From Candidatus Delongbacteria bacterium (GTDB taxonomy: Bacteria > CAIWAD01), in contig OY760505.1 of assembly GCA_963663545.1 (NCBI GenBank), positions 672,001 to 736,000 of the forward strand: a stretch of 64,000 nt of DNA, given 5' to 3'. This document shows, in pieces, positions 53,015 through 62,101 of this stretch; position 1 is the stretch's first letter, and every line of letters starts with the position of its first letter. The notes beneath the pieces were generated by a model. That model had not been told where the DNA came from. It was given only the letters and a program-made list of their open reading frames with translations, and made no database searches. The position numbers and the translations under genes were made by a program.

Positions 53015-55624
53015 GTGAAACACTTCATTCTTGCTCTCTTGCTGACAATGACGGCCCAGGCTGTCACGATTCATGACATCCAATACACCACCAATGCGGG
53101 AGGCGGAACCTATCCCTCACCGCTGGTGGGACAATCGGTAACCTTCACCGGTGTGGTGACGGCAACCGGCTATTACGACACGCGCTACTTCGTCGAGGAC
53201 GTGGCCGGCGGTGCCTGGTCCGGCGTACTGGTCTGGGACAGCAGCACGCAGCCCGATGTGGGTGACCTACTGCAGATTACGGGCGAAGTCTACGAGTACT
53301 CCGGTCACACGGAGATTTCCCCCGTGACACAAGTGCAAGTGCTGGCAACCGGCCAGGCCCTGCCTGCGGCGGTTGAGATCAGCACCGGCGACCTGGACGA
53401 GGGGGAGGCTTGGGAAGGCGTGCTGGTGCGCTTCAATAATGTGAGCGTGACACAAGCGCCCAATTCCTACAACGAGTGGTATGTGTCCGATGGCAGCGGT
53501 GCCTGCCAGGTGGATGATGCTATTCTGGCGCTGGAAGAAAGCGGGCTGGATCCCGCCACGGGCGACAGTTTCAGCATGCTTCGCGGCATTGTCGACTACC
53601 AGTACAGCGTTCACGCGCTTAACCCGCGTACTACACTGGACTGGACCCTTGCCGGTGCAGCGCTTTCCTTGACGGCCCACGATCTGGAATGGGAAGTAGG
53701 GACAAGCGATGTGTGCCAGCTGCAAACGCGCGAGTTGGACCCGAGCGACGCCGTTGACTCCTACACCCTCGAGTTCACTCTGCCAGCTGGTCTCGTGGGC
53801 ACGCCAGTTCTGAGTAGTACGGGAACACTTTCTGCTGGCGGTAGTCTGAGCCTGCAATCGACGGGCAGCAATTCCTGGCGTATCACGGCTTCCTTTGGTG
53901 CGGCACTGACGGGATCAGATCCGCTGATCGGCATCGAGCTCAGTGGCCTTGAAATCGGTACGGGCACTTTCGACCTGACCGCGGCTACGCTGGGTGATAC
54001 TTCTGTGTCACAATTGGTGGATGGCGCACTGAGTGTCACAGCGGCACCGCCTGCCATTGGTGATACACTGACGCTGATCATGAAGCCGCTGTTGAACATT
54101 CCGCAAATCTGCACACCGGGCGAGAGCTTTACCTGTCTGGCCGACGCTGCTACTAGTGCCACGGGCTGGAATGCGGCCATTCTTCGCGAAGGACTGCGGC
54201 AGGAGTTGAGTGTCGAGAGCGCCGTTTACCAGTTTGGCGTTGGCTGGTGGGAACTGGCTCTGCGGCTGGATTCACCGCAATGGTACGGCCTGGCCGATCT
54301 CGAGTTGAGTGTCACGGGTGAGCCCACTGACACGACCTGGCACGCCGTCCAGATTCTTCCGGATCTGCCGGATGAGTTCTACATCGCCCAGGTTACCGAT
54401 ACCCACCTGCCCACCTCGATGTATTACACAGAGGAAGGTGCGCTGCAGGACAGTTCCTCCGTTGAGGATCTGCGCGCGGTCTTCGAAGACCTGGCCATCA
54501 TCAACCCGGCCTTTCTGTTGCACACCGGCGACCTGATTCACGAGGGCGAGCTGGAAGACTTCCTGCAGGCCCGCTACTACACACGTGCGCAGCGTCTGCT
54601 GGCCGAATGCGAAGTACCCGTGTATCTGGTGGCAGGTAATCACGACCTGGGCGGCTGGGATGAGACTCCACCCGAGGACGGCACCAGCCGCCGCGACTGG
54701 TGGCGTTTCTTTGGCTGGAAACATCTGGACAATCCGCCTGCGCAGGAACCGTGGTACACGCAGAACTATAGTTTTGACTACGGTCCGCTGCATCTGACGG
54801 GCATGGAAGCCTACGATAACTACGACGAGTGGCGCTACAGCATTTACGGTGCCACCAGTTTTACCAGTGGACAGCTGAACTGGCTGGACCAGGATCTGCA
54901 AGCGGCCGATCCGGCCTTGACAAAGGTGCTCTTTTACCACTACGATTTCGCCGATCAGCTCAATCTCGCGTCGCTTGGAGTCCAACTTGCCCTGTGGGGC
55001 CACATTCACAGTAACTCGGGCAGCATCGGCAGTGCGCCCTATGACCTGGCCACCGCGTGTTGCACAAACGGCAACAAAGCCTTCCGCCTGATTCGTGTGA
55101 CACAGAGCGGAATTCAGCCTCTTGCCACCAGCTATGCGACCACAAGCCAGCTGCGTCTCACCGTATCACCGGCCAACGACGGAAGCTGCGACAGCGTGCG
55201 CGTCAGCGTGTCCAACAACTACGACCTGGACTTTCCCGAGGCCATGATTCGCCTGCGGCTGCAGCCGGGACTGAGTACGGTGGAAACGAGCACGGGCAGT
55301 ATTCAGCAGATTCTGCAGGTCGACGGTGCCACACTGGTGGAGCTGAGTCTGCCGCTGACCGCCGGTGCCGGACGGAACGCTACCGTCGTCGGTCATGCAT
55401 TGGCGCTGGAAGCACCAGATCTATGTATCACGGCACTGTCAGGTGTAGTTCAATTGCAGTGGGCGGAAGTCTCCGGCGCTGAAGCTTATCGCGTAGAAGC
55501 AGCCCCGTCAATGCTTGGTCCTTGGAGCGATGTGACACAACAGGGAGTGTTCGTTGGAGCCACATGGTACGGCGCTATGTCAGCTGGATGTGAGTGCTTC
55601 CGCGTGATCGCGACCGCGCCCTGA
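53015..55624 (+). CDS. Secreted metallophosphoesterase with N-terminal OB-fold and cohesin-like domains
   Basis: GTG start MKHFILALLL; TDTH, HTGD, GNHD and GHIH calcineurin-like motifs; TIHDIQY...SPLVGQSVTFTGVVTA. Confidence 0.88.
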   Translation: MKHFILALLLTMTAQAVTIHDIQYTTNAGGGTYPSPLVGQSVTFTGVVTATGYYDTRYFVEDVAGGAWSGVLVWDSSTQPDVGDLLQITGEVYEYSGHTEISPVTQVQVLATGQALPAAVEISTGDLDEGEAWEGVLVRFNNVSVTQAPNSYNEWYVSDGSGACQVDDAILALEESGLDPATGDSFSMLRGIVDYQYSVHALNPRTTLDWTLAGAALSLTAHDLEWEVGTSDVCQLQTRELDPSDAVDSYTLEFTLPAGLVGTPVLSSTGTLSAGGSLSLQSTGSNSWRITASFGAALTGSDPLIGIELSGLEIGTGTFDLTAATLGDTSVSQLVDGALSVTAAPPAIGDTLTLIMKPLLNIPQICTPGESFTCLADAATSATGWNAAILREGLRQELSVESAVYQFGVGWWELALRLDSPQWYGLADLELSVTGEPTDTTWHAVQILPDLPDEFYIAQVTDTHLPTSMYYTEEGALQDSSSVEDLRAVFEDLAIINPAFLLHTGDLIHEGELEDFLQARYYTRAQRLLAECEVPVYLVAGNHDLGGWDETPPEDGTSRRDWWRFFGWKHLDNPPAQEPWYTQNYSFDYGPLHLTGMEAYDNYDEWRYSIYGATSFTSGQLNWLDQDLQAADPALTKVLFYHYDFADQLNLASLGVQLALWGHIHSNSGSIGSAPYDLATACCTNGNKAFRLIRVTQSGIQPLATSYATTSQLRLTVSPANDGSCDSVRVSVSNNYDLDFPEAMIRLRLQPGLSTVETSTGSIQQILQVDGATLVELSLPLTAGAGRNATVVGHALALEAPDLCITALSGVVQLQWAEVSGAEAYRVEAAPSMLGPWSDVTQQGVFVGATWYGAMSAGCECFRVIATAP

Positions 55625-56767
55625 TCAGTTGGCGGCGGGGACTGGATTCAGCCAGGGCGCGAGCCCCTGTTCCTGCAACTCAGAATATGTGGGAAGGCCA
55701 TCCATCTGGATGGTCTTTTCCATTTGCAGCATGGCAAGCGCGTTGCTGAGTTCAACCAGCCCGGCGATGTGACGCCCGACGCGCTGAGACATGGGCACCC
55801 CCTCTTCTCCAACGGGTGCCTTATTGTAGCCCGCAGCCTGCGCACGCAGATAGCACTCGTCCTTGCCCGTAACCACCAGCGCTTCATCGGTACGACCGCG
55901 CAGCCGTCCCTGGCTGGGATTGGCGCTCTCCATCAGCAGAGCATAGAGTTGCGGAAACTTGTCGCCTAACTCGCGATGTGACAGACCGTGCAGATTCTTC
56001 GGCGAGGGCTCCAGCGCAAAGGTCAACCCGCTGAACTCCAGGCCGAAGGTGGCCGTTGCCGCCAGATCCGCCGCATGCTCGTGTGTCACAATCGCGTTGA
56101 TCACCGGGTATTCCGGCGAAGACTCGTGCAGGTCCACCACCATGTCCACGCCTTCCTGCTCGATCAATTGACAAATGGCGTACGCGACCTGCTCTGTGCG
56201 ACAACCCTTCTCGCGCCCCGGATAACAGCGGTTCAGATTGCGCACTTCATTGCCCGCCAACTGCTGCCCACTGGGATGATGAATGGTGATCTCCGGGTCA
56301 GGCCACTGGTCCAGCGAATTCGTCATGCGTGAACCCATGCGGAAGCGTCGCTTGTTGCCCTCCCTGTCCGGCAGATGAAAAATGGCCGGGTGAGCCTCCT
56401 GCGGCTCCGTGGCGGTGTAGGCCGATGCGTTGGCCTGCGGTATCACAATCACCTTGCCCTGTGACACACGCAGGTTTTCAACCAGCAGAATGGCCGTCAT
56501 CAGACCTGCAGGTTCGTTGGCGTGAGTGCCCCCCAGCACCAACATGCAGCCTCCGTCCTGCCCACTGTCGAAAATGTAGACACGGCTATCGGAGCGTGTA
56601 TCACGCAGCCCATCGAACCAGTGCGAGAGACGCATAGCCTCGCTTAAGCCTTGCGAAGGCACAATGGGCTCTTCGATACGCTGTGCGAGAAAGTCGCGAG
56701 CACAAAGGGCGCACACCAACAGTACGAGCAAGAGCAGCAGGAAGCGAAGCTGAAAGACCTTGCGCAT
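55625..56767 (-). CDS. Succinylglutamate desuccinylase/aspartoacylase (M14-like) family protein, exported
   Basis: GGTHANE, NLNR and DLHE motifs; N-terminal hydrophobic segment. Confidence 0.88.
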   Translation of the reverse strand: MRKVFQLRFLLLLLVLLVCALCARDFLAQRIEEPIVPSQGLSEAMRLSHWFDGLRDTRSDSRVYIFDSGQDGGCMLVLGGTHANEPAGLMTAILLVENLRVSQGKVIVIPQANASAYTATEPQEAHPAIFHLPDREGNKRRFRMGSRMTNSLDQWPDPEITIHHPSGQQLAGNEVRNLNRCYPGREKGCRTEQVAYAICQLIEQEGVDMVVDLHESSPEYPVINAIVTHEHAADLAATATFGLEFSGLTFALEPSPKNLHGLSHRELGDKFPQLYALLMESANPSQGRLRGRTDEALVVTGKDECYLRAQAAGYNKAPVGEEGVPMSQRVGRHIAGLVELSNALAMLQMEKTIQMDGLPTYSELQEQGLAPWLNPVPAAN

Positions 56768-56780
56768 GGTTCCCGAATCC

Positions 56781-56927
56781 TCACTTGATCAGAAAGACGC
56801 GTAGCAAAAAGGGGATCAGCACGAGGGCCGCCGTCCACTGCTCGCGCCACTTGCGGTCGTGATCCATCAGCTCACGCAGAATCAGCAACGCGCACCCCAG
56901 CGCCAGTAGCCAGTAGATCCAGAACAC
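56781..56927 (-). CDS. Small two-TM membrane protein (48 aa)
   Basis: AGGAG RBS then GTG TTC TGG; two hydrophobic helices; within the operon. Confidence 0.7.
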   Translation of the reverse strand: MFWIYWLLALGCALLILRELMDHDRKWREQWTAALVLIPFLLRVFLIK

Positions 56928-56935
56928 AACTTCTC

Positions 56936-58231
56936 CTATCGCACGAAGGCGGCTTGGAACCATTGCGCACCGACGATGAGCGCCAGGCCCCAAAGGGCCA
57001 TCAGCAGCGCCGGCAACAGGCAATGGCGTAATACACGGAAGTAGTTGTCTTCGCCGACAACCTGTGCGGCAAAGATGCCCGATAGCGCGGTGGGTGGCAT
57101 CAGGTCTCCCAGCGCGGCCATCATGGACAAACCTGCCGCCACCCAGATTTCCGGCAGTCCCAACAAGGCCAGCAAAAAGGGCACGCCCAGCACGCTCGCG
57201 CTGCCAAAAGCGCTGACCGCGCCGAAAAGCGGCATACTAACGGCAATGCTGACGAAGACCAGCCAGTGGGGCAGTTCCAGGCAGCTCAAGACCAGCTCCC
57301 CGCGCATGCCCGTTAGCGTCATGATTTGAATAAAGCAGCCGACGCCCACCAGGATGCCCATTACCGGCAGCGCCTGCTGAATCGCCTGTCTGGCAATGTG
57401 AAGCGGCGACCAGGCTTCACCACCGACGCGCGCCAGCAAACTGCCCAGCACGAAAATCAGCGGTAGTCCTAGACTGGGAAGCACTCCCGGCCAAAGGCGC
57501 GGCCCCGCCATCAATACCAGAACCAGCAACAGCGGCGGCAACAAACGCCAGCCGTGCCTGCGCCAGGCGCAATCATCGAGAGTGGCCAACGCCGCCTGGA
57601 AATCCCCCTTGCGCAGCGGCCCCCAGGCCAGCAGCAGCGCACAAATCACCAGCAGCGGCAGACTGAGAATCGTCAGCGGCAGCCCGAAGCCCAGGTAGGG
57701 CATGTCTACGCCACCGCCGATGATCATCACCGGCAGGTTGACGGGAGGAGCTACCATGCCCAGGATGGCTGCAATGGCAATGAATGCGCCTGTGCGCTGC
57801 TTGGACAGCCCCATGCGCATCAACGGTCCGGCGACGATGGCACCTGTAGTCAGCACGCTGGCAGTAGTCAGGCCGGTCAGCAGGCCGGGAAAGGCCACAA
57901 AGGCCGCCAGCAGAATGGAAAGCAGCGCCGGGCGTTTACCCAGACCGCGCAGAATCAGCCAGGACAGGGCGCTGAGCAAGCCGCTGGCCTCGATGCTCTT
58001 CATGAAGAGCAACGCGCTGGCCATGATCAGCATGGGATCGAGGTAGACGAAGGCGCCCTCGACCAGGTGACGTAAGAGCCCCTCGCCGATGTGCGCCGAC
58101 CAAAGGGGAAGGCCGGAAAGCAACCCGCCCAGCAGCGCGGATGCCGCCAGCGCCAAGCCCACCGGCCATTTCCAACGGAAGTTCAGCAGTGCGAAAACGG
58201 CCACCATCAGGGCCAGCAGCAGCATGTTCAT
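56936..58231 (-). CDS. TRAP large-permease (DctM)/IT-superfamily transporter
   Basis: Multi-TM; GMVAPPVNLP and GDLMPPTA. Confidence 0.85.
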   Translation of the reverse strand: MNMLLLALMVAVFALLNFRWKWPVGLALAASALLGGLLSGLPLWSAHIGEGLLRHLVEGAFVYLDPMLIMASALLFMKSIEASGLLSALSWLILRGLGKRPALLSILLAAFVAFPGLLTGLTTASVLTTGAIVAGPLMRMGLSKQRTGAFIAIAAILGMVAPPVNLPVMIIGGGVDMPYLGFGLPLTILSLPLLVICALLLAWGPLRKGDFQAALATLDDCAWRRHGWRLLPPLLLVLVLMAGPRLWPGVLPSLGLPLIFVLGSLLARVGGEAWSPLHIARQAIQQALPVMGILVGVGCFIQIMTLTGMRGELVLSCLELPHWLVFVSIAVSMPLFGAVSAFGSASVLGVPFLLALLGLPEIWVAAGLSMMAALGDLMPPTALSGIFAAQVVGEDNYFRVLRHCLLPALLMALWGLALIVGAQWFQAAFVR

Positions 58232-58241
58232 CGAAGGGGCC

Positions 58242-59231
58242 TCATTGAATCAGATCCTCAGCGTCCTCATCGGGCTGGGGCAGCTGGCCGTGGCAGTCGA
58301 CCACAAGATCTGCTGGAGTGCGTGCCTCCTGTGGCGGAGTCGGCAAACCCCAGCTCTGTGCCAGTCGCACGATGTCGAGGAAGTGTAACACAGGCATGCC
58401 GTGGGAGAAGTAGTACTCCAGTAGCCCGCGTGTGCCCTCGTCTTCGCCCTTGAGGGCGTCCAGCAGCAGCCACTCGTTCTCGCCCAGCAGGCCTCCACGG
58501 GCGCGACGTCCGAAGCCATTGCTGCCGACGGCGGCATGTCCGCCTCCCACATTGATGTAGAGTGAAAGCGTGCCCAGCTCTCCCAGCACGTGCCGGCGCA
58601 ACTGGACCGCCTGACGTAGGTGTACAGGCTGGTAACTGCCCGGATACTTGCGCAATTCATCGTCCACGTGCATGCGGTCTTCAAGAAAGAAGCCGCTGCA
58701 GCGGTCGCTGGTGCCTCCTGGCGTGATACAAACCGATCCTTGCTCGAGGATACCACGCTCGCGCAGAATACTTTCGATGGCTGGCCAGGAAAAGCCCTCC
58801 AGATTGGCGCCATAGCTCGACGCTCCCAGACTGGCCACGGATCGATAGGGAATGTGTGCCGCTTCGAGTGTGAGCAAGACAGCCAGATTGATGCCGGGAA
58901 AGGAACCCGACATGGTGACGCCAACTGTATCACGCTCGGTGATACCGACAGAATCCAGCAGACAGGCAATCGCCCGACACCAGCCGCTCTGGGCCGCCGT
59001 CTGTTTGGCATTCAGGTCGCCGAGGGTAGTGGTCCAGGGGCCTTCTTCTCCGCCGATCAGTCCGGTAAGTGCAGGATCATGTCCGACATCCCAGTTACCC
59101 GCCGCACGGCGCAAACTCAGAATCACTCCGCTGGCCTTGTACCAATGGAGCTCCGCCTGTCGCACCTGAGCGGGCGTGACAGCGTGTGATACACTGTGAC
59201 ACATCAGCAGAAATAGAAGGAAACGCAGCAA
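58242..59231 (-). CDS. Poly-gamma-glutamate system protein (PgsW-like)
   Basis: DPALTGLIG...TTTLGDLNAKQT, SGSFPGINLA, SLGASSYGAN, YINVGG, PVLHFLDI. Confidence 0.82.
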   Translation of the reverse strand: MLRFLLFLLMCHSVSHAVTPAQVRQAELHWYKASGVILSLRRAAGNWDVGHDPALTGLIGGEEGPWTTTLGDLNAKQTAAQSGWCRAIACLLDSVGITERDTVGVTMSGSFPGINLAVLLTLEAAHIPYRSVASLGASSYGANLEGFSWPAIESILRERGILEQGSVCITPGGTSDRCSGFFLEDRMHVDDELRKYPGSYQPVHLRQAVQLRRHVLGELGTLSLYINVGGGHAAVGSNGFGRRARGGLLGENEWLLLDALKGEDEGTRGLLEYYFSHGMPVLHFLDIVRLAQSWGLPTPPQEARTPADLVVDCHGQLPQPDEDAEDLIQ

Positions 59232-59233
59232 AC

Positions 59234-60931
59234 CTAGCGCTCCTTGTAGACGGCGATTCCGTTACGACGCGGATCCGCGCCACCTACCAGTCGCCCGTCG
59301 CGCAGACGCTGAATACCGTGGGCACCGCCGAAGTAGCGGTCGTAGGGCCCTAGAGCGTAGGGACGGTAGCCGATGTCTTCAAGACCAGCCATGGTCTCAG
59401 CGCGGAAACGCGGCTCCAGCACAAGCGTGGCACCAATGGGATACACGCGCGGCGCATCCACGGCCGCCTGCAGGTTCTGCCCCAGGTCCAGATGATTGAT
59501 CAGAATCTGTGATACAGCCGCAGGAATGCGAATGCCACCCGGCGTTCCCAGGCAGAGGACGGGTTCATTACCGCGCAGCAGAATCATGGGAGCCATGCTG
59601 CTGCGTGGGCGCTTGCCCGGCACGGGCAGATTCAGACTTCCTTCCTCGAAAGTGAAGTCGTCCATCTGGTTGTTCAGCAGAAAGCCGTTTACCACGAGTC
59701 CCGTGCCGAAGAAGTGATTGATGGACTGCGTGAGACTGATCACCATGCCATTGGCATCCCACACGCTCAGGTGAGTTGTGTTACCGTGATCCATCGGCGG
59801 AAACATGGGCTGACTGCCCAGCGGAGCCCAGCTGTGATGGATGGCATCCAGATGGATCTGGGACAACCACTGCTGGGCCATCTCCTTGTCCAGCAAGCTG
59901 TCGATGACCGCGTCGTAACTCTGCCGCATGGGATCGGCCACTCGCTTGCCCCGGTCCCGCATCGCCTTCTTCATCGCCTCGCAGAAGAGGTGCACGCGCT
60001 CGGCCTCCGTGTACGAAGTCAGGTCAAGCGGTTCGAGGATGTTGAGGGTTTCCATGACGGCCAAGGCACCCGTTGCCGGTGGCGGCGGACCCACCAGCGT
60101 CAGATCGTGATACGTGGATTTGATGGGCTCGCGTATCACGGCCTCGTAGGTCAGCACATCCTCTGGTGTGATCCAACCCTCGGCGCGGCGCACGGTCTCG
60201 GAGATTTTGTCCGCAAGCAAAATGTAGAAGTAGTCCAGGCCGGAATCCGCCAGCGTGCGATACAGCGCGCCCAACTCGGGATTGTAAAGTGTATCACCAA
60301 CCATGGGCGGAAAACCATCCTTGAGGAAGAGCGGATTCAACACGGGATCTTCCATCATGGCGCCCGCGCGCTCCTGAATGAGCTCCGACAAATCCTGGCT
60401 GACGGGATAGCCGTTCTCTGCCAGCTTGATGGCGGGAGCCAGTAGACGCGGTAATTCCAGGCTGCCGTAGCGCTGCCAGAGCATGGCCAGGCCCATGGGC
60501 GTGCCGGGAACGGCCACAGCAGTGCCCTTGCTGGTGCTGGCCAGATGCAGCGTGTCAGCGGGATCAAAGAAGACATCCACGTTCACGCCCTGGGGCGCCG
60601 TCTCACGGAAGTCAATGACCACGTCGCCGTTTTCGTCGTGTACCAGCGCAAAACCGCCACCGCCCAGGCCCGAAGCGTGGGGCTCAACGACGTTGAGTAC
60701 GGCCAGCGCACAGACAGCGGCGTCGGCGGCGTTACCGCCTTCGGCCAGCACATCTGCGCCCGCCTGCGCAGCCAGCGGATGGGCAGCAACAATCATCGAG
60801 CCTTGCAGGGGATCCAGCTCGTAGACCGTATCATCGTGTACGGCGGCGGGTTTGGGACGACATGCGCTTAGGGTGAAGCCGGTCAGCAGGGCAAGGCACA
60901 GCAGCAGGTTCAGGCTGGTGCGGGTCTTCAT
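59234..60931 (-). CDS. ggt: Gamma-glutamyltransferase, lipoprotein
   Basis: LSAC lipobox; GGNAADAA, SGLGGGGF, IDFRETAP, catalytic TTHLSV, LNNQMDDF, PGKRPRSSM, GADPRR. Confidence 0.96.
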   Translation of the reverse strand: MKTRTSLNLLLCLALLTGFTLSACRPKPAAVHDDTVYELDPLQGSMIVAAHPLAAQAGADVLAEGGNAADAAVCALAVLNVVEPHASGLGGGGFALVHDENGDVVIDFRETAPQGVNVDVFFDPADTLHLASTSKGTAVAVPGTPMGLAMLWQRYGSLELPRLLAPAIKLAENGYPVSQDLSELIQERAGAMMEDPVLNPLFLKDGFPPMVGDTLYNPELGALYRTLADSGLDYFYILLADKISETVRRAEGWITPEDVLTYEAVIREPIKSTYHDLTLVGPPPPATGALAVMETLNILEPLDLTSYTEAERVHLFCEAMKKAMRDRGKRVADPMRQSYDAVIDSLLDKEMAQQWLSQIHLDAIHHSWAPLGSQPMFPPMDHGNTTHLSVWDANGMVISLTQSINHFFGTGLVVNGFLLNNQMDDFTFEEGSLNLPVPGKRPRSSMAPMILLRGNEPVLCLGTPGGIRIPAAVSQILINHLDLGQNLQAAVDAPRVYPIGATLVLEPRFRAETMAGLEDIGYRPYALGPYDRYFGGAHGIQRLRDGRLVGGADPRRNGIAVYKER

Positions 60932-61178
60932 CTGGCACTCCTTGGTGGCTTTGCTTTTGCAAGCCTACAGTGTAGCACTTGAAAGGCGTCCGATGTAGGG
61001 CTTGAGCAGCTATGGCAGTAGTAGAAGGCGAAACGGGGAACCTACGGCCTCGAGTTGAGTTTGTGGGCAACCCTCTCCTTGATTCCCGTCAGTGGGCCTC
61101 GCAGATCCTGCGGGGCTCACTCATATTGGGAGGTGCGGCAGCCGACTCATGGGAATCTCACATTTTTCGCGGCAGCTC

Positions 61179-61206
61179 TTGATTATGAGCCGAAATCCCC
61201 TATCTT
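61179..61206 (+). promoter_or_regulatory. Possible sigma70 promoter of the tRNA
   Basis: TTGATT-N16-TATCTT about 45 bp upstream of the tRNA. Confidence 0.4.
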
Positions 61207-61249
61207 GTTGGGCCTGTCGCTGGTTGCAATTGTACTGGCGATGGTTGAT

Positions 61250-61323
<74 letters not shown>

Positions 61324-61325
61324 TG

Positions 61326-61387
61326 CCTACTTGGCAAAAGAGAAAAGAGCCCCGCGAATGCGGGGCTTTTTCTTTTTGCCAAGTAGG
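61326..61387 (+). terminator. Long hairpin/terminator after the tRNA
   Basis: CCTACTTGGCAAAAG...AGCCCCGC-GAAT-GCGGGGCT...TTTTGCCAAGTAGG. Confidence 0.8.
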
Positions 61388-61633
61388 TTGGTCGAAGCTG
61401 CGCTTCGACGCTTGCTGCGTAGCCCACACGAAGAGTATGCTATCCAGAAAGTGGAGAATGCGGGAAGGTGGCGTTTTGCGACACCGCGCATTTCTAATGC
61501 GACGCATTCTCCTGAGCATTTCGCTCAGCGGAATGCGCGGGCTTCTTTCTTTTTGCCAAGTAGGTTGGTCGAAGCTGCGCTTCGACGCCGCTGGGTGGTT
61601 CACGTAAGCTCTGGTCCCGCGAATGCGGGGCTT
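61351..61633. repeat. Direct repeats downstream of the tRNA: 43 bp exact (61369-61411, 61546-61588) and 18 bp exact (61351-61368, 61616-61633)
   Basis: TTTCTTTTTGCCAAGTAGGTTGGTCGAAGCTGCGCTTCGACGC twice; CCCGCGAATGCGGGGCTT twice. Confidence 0.92.
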
Positions 61634-61647
61634 CCTGGAATGCACTT

Positions 61648-61669
61648 AACCTTCTGATCCGTAGTCAGA
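61648..61669 (-). other. att-like 22-bp inverted copy of the tRNA-Arg anticodon arm
   Basis: AACCTTCTGATCCGTAGTCAGA is the exact reverse complement of 61277-61298. Confidence 0.85.
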
Positions 61670-61688
61670 AGTGAAGGCAAACAGGTTG

Positions 61689-62072
61689 CTAAACAATGAT
61701 GCCAACAATCGTAATGACAATGGCAGCCAATGCGAGTCGTGCTACCACCCTATGCTTTTCATCAGGATGGTTTAGATGTGCCACTAGCGAGAAGCACCTT
61801 GAAACAAGGCACTCTTCACTACCACTTCTTGACGCAATACCTAGCTGCGAAGCCCCGTCATAATCCAGTTCAGCCATTCCTCGACTCAGCCCTGGTATCC
61901 CTCCGGCGCCATAAACCTGTCTATAGATCGCGGACTTCCCACTTTCTATCCTGACCCACGAGTTCCTACCACCCAATCGTTCAAGCAGACGGTTTGGCAC
62001 CCTTAGTATTCGTCGGCTCTTGTCTGCAGCTTTTGTGAGCAATCGAACTCTAACCGAAATCGCGTTTTTCAT
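61689..62072 (-). CDS. Basic hypothetical protein with C-terminal TM helix
   Basis: GAGGG RBS; co-oriented directly after the DUF499 gene; appears lower in GC. Confidence 0.7.
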   Translation of the reverse strand: MKNAISVRVRLLTKAADKSRRILRVPNRLLERLGGRNSWVRIESGKSAIYRQVYGAGGIPGLSRGMAELDYDGASQLGIASRSGSEECLVSRCFSLVAHLNHPDEKHRVVARLALAAIVITIVGIIV

Positions 62073-62101
62073 GTCGACTGACCCTCTACCGCGCGTGTTC
62101 C

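Noticed and set aside
52739..53083. N-terminal extension of the 352-aa ORF
   Set aside because: RBS and signal peptide point to ATG 52738, and the extension overlaps the divergent gene start at 53015.
60980..61170. Riboswitch or ncRNA between ggt and the tRNA
   Set aside because: A hairpin exists at about 61091-61121, but I recognise no family consensus, and a TGCTACACT extended -10 lies close to the ggt start. An Rfam search would be needed.
61326..61640. CRISPR array
   Set aside because: Only two copies of each repeat, irregular spacing, and no cas genes in the window.
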